Shown here: positions 59,101 to 64,000 of the stretch, piece by piece | Numbering within the stretch: the first letter of the stretch is position 1 | Layout of the letters: every line of letters begins with the position of its first letter | From: Moniliella sp. 'wahieum' | Taxonomy: Eukaryota | NCBI GenBank assembly: GCA_003971905.1 | Contig: RSEE01000008.1 | Span: 248,001 to 312,000 of the forward strand | DNA: 64,000 nucleotides | Direction of reading: 5' to 3' | Notes under the pieces: model-generated | The model's input: only the letters and a program-made list of their open reading frames with translations | Databases searched by the model: none | Told to the model about the DNA's origin: nothing | Position numbers and translations under genes: made by a program

Positions 59101-61095
59101 TCACAGGAAATCGAAAGTGGCCATCAGGTGCTGCCCTCCCCATGAGAAGGGCATCAAAAGGAGATCCTGGATGGGAAATGGTAATGGAGATGTATGCGTT
59201 TGAGAGTAAGCCCAACGACGTATGACTTGTGTGGTTTTCTCTGTTTCAGTGCACTGGCCGCCGTCGAGTCCTTGGTTGGCTCCATTTGCTGTGGACCACA
59301 CAAGTCGAATGTCCTCGAGTAAGATCCACCTGTGTGGAAAAAGGCGGAGATCTCTTAAGGAAGGCCAAGGAGGATGGAGTGTTGTGTGAGGACTCAACCG
59401 GGATTATTTCCAAGTGCGAGTCAGAAGAAGGGAAAGCAGCCTCGTCAACAAACGGGTGGTTTCATAGTTGGAATAGTGGGTCGAGGTATGGGAGGCAGGC
59501 TGCACGCAGTCATTGAGAATGGGTGGGGGAAAAGGAATGGAAGGAGGAAAATGTGTCGGGGTGGAAAGAGATGCTCCTTCTCCCCTGAAGTGTCGGGCGC
59601 TGTTGTTCTGTACTTCAGCATTCTCATTGTGCACACATTTTACCCAACAGTATGCCTCCATCGCTCGCCAGAGATCCCCCCAAAGGCTTGGCGAATAGAA
59701 AGGATAGTACGGGGCACGATGGCGAGGAGGAAGAAGGATTGGATGGGGAACTGGGCCATCCCCCACCGCCCCATCCATCCTTCGGTGATCAAGGCAATGG
59801 TTAACACGGACGCCAAATGCGTCAGGGTGGAAACGATGACAAAACGGATCATGTCCACTAAGAATTGGCGGCGTGCGGCCGACATTGGCAGCTCTCCAGG
59901 TCGCAAACCTTGCAGACGGATCACATCCCACGGCCGTATCGGTTGCAGTGCCATTCCCTCGATTCGCCAGCTCGACATCCATGCCGCCAGCCCCATGATG
60001 ACCACCGTCACATACTGGATAATGTAAACCGCAATGAGCGTAGGCAGGTGCAGGCGAAAATGATGGCATTTGAACCCCATTTTGAGGGCAGGCACCGGAG
60101 TGGAAAAACTGAGTACAAACCGCAAAGAAAACAACACCAGAATTATTAGTTGCCAACCTACATATACACGGAGAAAAGGACTGCGGAACTCACATCTCAG
60201 CCGACGCCACAGTCGCTTGTCCGATCCAAATGCCAGCGATGACGAAGATGACGAGAGACAGGGTAGGCGTAAGCCAAAGCACCACGCGGGGACTGAATAT
60301 GAGAAGGGCGACATGGGCGCGAAGGAGGACAATGATGTCAACAAGGACGCAGGCCATACCATGAAGCACCACAAGCCCGCGGAAAGTCCCATTGCAGTGC
60401 TGGGTGCGATACAACACCACAAAGCAAAGTGCCACATAAGGAACCACGATGATCCGCAAGAGGAAAAAGCAGGCACTGAGCAAGAGCGCGCGAAACTGGG
60501 GAGAGAAGAGACCCCATTGGCTGGGCCAGGACATGAATTTCTCTGCCTTCATCAGCCATGTCGCCTTGGAGGAATGAGAAGACACCCAACGTGATTGTTG
60601 CTTATCATTGGAACTGGGCGGACCCCGCAATGGAATATTATGAAGGATGCCATGCTGGTCCAATGAGGAAGAAACTGTGCCATTTGCCCCCGAAGGGATG
60701 GTAATGCGAATTTCCGTAGGCCGCCGAGGGTTCCGGACGAAAAGCGGAGACGCCGGCAAGGTCGTCTCCTTTTCTTCCCAGACGGAGGCAGGAGCCTGGG
60801 GAGGTTGGAGGGACTGAGCAGACGTAAATGTGGCTCTAGCGGAGGTGAAGTAGGAGCGAAAAATAGGGAGGTGGTACAGTTGAATCTCGGACGGAAAACT
60901 GGTGAGTACCTCCCAGAGAAGAATGCCACCGAAAAAGCAGGCCAGCCAGAGCAACACGGCACGATCGTATGACCAATCGTTCATATCTGCAAAGGTATAG
61001 TTCCCTTCAACAGTGGACACCCATAGCGGTTGTACGCCCGCGACCGTCGACGGTGTTGCTGAATTTGGAATGGAATCAACAGTGAGGATGGGCAT
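59101..61095 (-). CDS. Fungal multi-pass membrane protein (DUF6533-like first helix); frameshifted, 3' end uncertain
   Basis: WLACFFGGILLWEVLTSFPSEI resembles the fungal LLYDYLLT..DE motif, followed by several hydrophobic segments. Probable intron 60109-60193 (GTGAGT..CTAAT..CAG). Confidence 0.55.
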
Positions 61096-62879
61096 AGCGA
61101 TGGTGGGTCACTATAGTCTCCACAAAGAGAGGGGAGGGGAGAGACAAAAGACAGAGAAAAGATTGCGGAGAAGATGAGATGAAGCTGATGAAGCTGAGAG
61201 GGGGGCGAAGGAAGAAGGCTGAATGTCAGGAAAAAATATGAAGATGACTACTGTGAGAGTGGATGGACTGGAGAATGAAATAGATGAAGAGCTGTGGTTT
61301 CTTAGTGGCGGGGGGTGGGGAGGATTCTTCGATCGAGAAGATTAAGCTATATCGTGGGGAGATTCAACACTTTCATCATACTGAAGAGCTACTATGGAGC
61401 GTGGGTGTATAGAGCAAGTATAGAGCAGAGATAGATAAGGGGTTTGCGCGTGCGCCACACAGAGTGGACGATCATTGATGAGGCCATGAGGGCGCGTTAG
61501 CTGTAGCATCACTCCCAGCACAACACTTAGTGGAGAACCGAACGAGTTGCTGAGAGGTGAATGACAGAGGGAGAACAAAGTATAACACACACTCATCAGA
61601 GGCTGCGGTCGTATAATAACTTTTTTTTTCTTCGTGCGATTAATGCGAAAAGGCCGGTACCACTGCTGTACCGAGCCGGCCTCACAGCAGAGTTGGAGAT
61701 CTACGAACCCTTGCCGCGCCTATACCTGTGAAACACGAAGGGGCTGTGGGAGAGATGCCTATTTTGTGCACGACTGATGGTCGGACGTTTGCAATGGAGC
61801 GAAGCATATATCGAGAAATGGTACTAGCGCTGCAGGGCTAGTCCGTGGCGAGCGATCAGCGCTCAGGCTCTGAGCTCACACAAAAAGAGTATTATAGTGT
61901 GTGAAAACCACATGCGAATCATATGAACGTACACAGGAACACAGAGCAAGTTCCAAGCGCAGCCGGACAGGCTACAGCAAAAAAAAATTCGCGCCCACAC
62001 CGCACCACCAAGCTCCAAGGGGCCAGTGTCTATCACTATAGTACTCCAGACAAGGTCCCTTTTTATACGGGTGTTTTGGCGCAGCGAAATGCCTGGAAGA
62101 TGACTTTTTAGCTTGACTCGGGCCGCCTCAGGCTGCGATACTTTGATCAGAACTGAGTGTACTGAGGTACTAAGTGCTCGCTTATTAAGTTCATTCAGCC
62201 CATATTGAGATCTGAGACCTGGCCTGCTCCCTTTCCCAGCCCAGATAAAGTTCAAACGAAACGCTGGAACCAGGTTTTCAAGTGCCCCGCCCCCCTCCGG
62301 GCAAAAGGTTCTCCTGAACGCCTGATCGCTCGACCCTTCCTACCGCCATTGGTGCGCCCACCACTCCCAAGCACTAGGCTCGCACAATGCATATTGGATC
62401 CACACATCTCCTGGTGTGTTCGCGGTGTCGATCCTGTCTACCCCGGGCCTCATCAACAATCTCTCGCAGCCTGCCAGTTCTACCTTCCCCCTCTGCAGCT
62501 GACGAACTCTGGCCCGGTTGCTACGGAACCTACTAAGTGTGAGCTTGAGCGACGGGACGTCCCCCAAGTCCCTAGTTCTCTTCGTCAAGGTAGTCAGGTA
62601 GTCAAAAGGTGGCCAAAAGGTGGTCCAAGCCGTAGTAACGGTAGTCACTAGTCACTCTTCGTCACGGGGAAATGCAGGGAAGGGGAAGGGGAAGAACGAA
62701 GACGGGGGGCAGAAAGACTATAAAAGAGAGGCATTGAAGCTACAAACTGAATGATCACGCCGCCGTCGGACGCAGTGTGCGCGTCCGCCCAGGCCCTGTA
62801 GACCGACGCGTCCCACTTAGTCCGGGGGGACGGGCTGGGCCCTTGGCACCGACCGCGGTACCGGCACCGGCACCGGCAC

Positions 62880-64000
62880 CTATAGTACCCCCGCCCGCGC
62901 CCGCCCCGCACCGGCACCGGCCACAGCAGAAGCAGAAGCCGAGGCTGAGGCGGAAGACGCAATGGTCGTTGTGACCAACCCTTGCCTCCGTCCGGCCACG
63001 ATCCATGGATGGCGCATGGCCTGTTCGGGCTTCATCCGCCGGTCCGGGTCCCAAATCAAGCAGCGCGAAACAAAGTCGATGAACAAATCTTCTTGGGCCT
63101 GAGCTGCGGCAGCGCCACCAGTCGTGCCCGAGGAAGAGGATACGGCTGCGCCTGCTGGTTTACCGCGCCCACCACCCCGTAAAAGCTGGGTGAGCGTCTT
63201 GCTGCCTGGCCGACGACGACGGTTCTTGCTGTTCTTGACGGGGCGCGGGTGGCCCGTGGCGTCAAAGAAGAATTTCCGTCGGGCGGAACGTTCGATGAGG
63301 TACTTGTCAGGTACCCCTATCACCTCCATGATGCACGCCAGCTGTTCCTGCTCGTTCTCTCCTGGAAACAGAGGGTAGCCCGTGTAGAGTTCGGCGGCAA
63401 TACAGCCCACGCTCCACATGTCGATCGCAGTGTGGTACGCTAGGCCGAGAATGACCTCGGGGAGCGGTAGAAGCGGGATTGGATGTAGGTGTACACCCGT
63501 TCCGTCTCAAAACACGACGAACCAAAGTCGATGACCTTGATGGCCGACTTGGCGGGGTGGCAAAGAAGGATGTTTTCCGGCTTGAGGTCACAGTGGACAA
63601 CGCGGTGCTTGCGCAACAGACAGAGCGACGACAAGACTTGCACCGTCATCCGTCTGACCAGACGTAAACTTAGCCCTACATACCCGTTCGCCTTGATCAG
63701 CTCGTAGAGGTTGATGTTGAGCAGTTCGGTGGCAATGCACAAGTGCTCACGGAAGCAAAAGGATTGGGTCATGGTGATCACATGATGCTTTTCCTCAGCG
63801 TCCCATTGGGTCAAGTGCCGCAAAATATCCACCTCGGTGAGCGCCTGGTGTTGGAACCGGCGCTTGTTGCGAATCATCTTGATCGCGACCCACTTGCCCG
63901 TCTTGTGGTCCTTGCAGCGCAGCACCTGCCCAAACGAGCCTCGGCCCAGCAAATCCATCACCTCGTACCGATACGCCAGATGGTCCCGTGATACCGCCTT
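62880..64000 (-). CDS. DYRK2/Pom1-class dual-specificity protein kinase, 5'-truncated by window edge
   Basis: HLAYRYEVMDLLGRGSFGQV, VAIKMIRNKRRF, HCDLKPENILL, VIDFGSSC, activation loop YTYIQSRFYRSP, DMWSVGCIAAELYTGYPLFPGENEQEQLACIME. One frame change at about 63460. Confidence 0.96.

Noticed and set aside
62845..62955. (GGCACC)n and (GCAGAA/GCTGAG)n repeats as a mobile or regulatory element
   Set aside because: They lie at and just past the kinase C-terminus and read as low-complexity SA/GA codon repeats.

Overview
This is eukaryotic fungal DNA, not prokaryotic. The spermidine synthase-saccharopine dehydrogenase (SPE3-LYS9) fusion marks it as a basidiomycete. Few short GT-AG introns with CTRAC/CTAAC branch points and high GC suggest Ustilaginomycotina-like, which is inference. 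About 20 protein genes are supported: a Ras-like-domain/RasGEF fusion, a WDR89-like WD40 protein, a Usa1/HERP-like UBL protein, a putative mitochondrial RnpA-fold protein, SPE3-LYS9, an MFS transporter, an isochorismatase-like protein, RPL43, a type-B carboxylesterase, a beta-carbonic anhydrase, a GPI-type chitin deacetylase, a Sld7-like protein, SPB1, a CCHC zinc-knuckle ORF, a membrane-anchored GH30, QCR6, a Rab5-family GTPase, a multi-pass membrane protein, a partial DYRK/Pom1-class kinase and two orphans. Many genes, including normally essential ones, carry small indel frameshifts, best explained as assembly error, so exact coordinates are approximate. The most notable observations are: (1) a nucleus-encoded protein with a mitochondrial-presequence-like N-terminus and a degenerate bacterial RNase P protein (RnpA) pattern; (2) a 2-nt microexon in QCR6 and a 5-nt microexon in the isochorismatase gene, both behind an intron with a distant branch point; (3) two intergenic modules 21 kb apart built from the same 11-14 nt words in shuffled order, plus recurrent GCTCAG/CTGAG clusters; (4) a 31-nt palindromic repeat pair at 60-nt period upstream of SPE3-LYS9; (5) a run of hairpins at 34.4-34.6 kb. 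I recognised no tRNA, rRNA, snRNA, CRISPR array or intact transposon.
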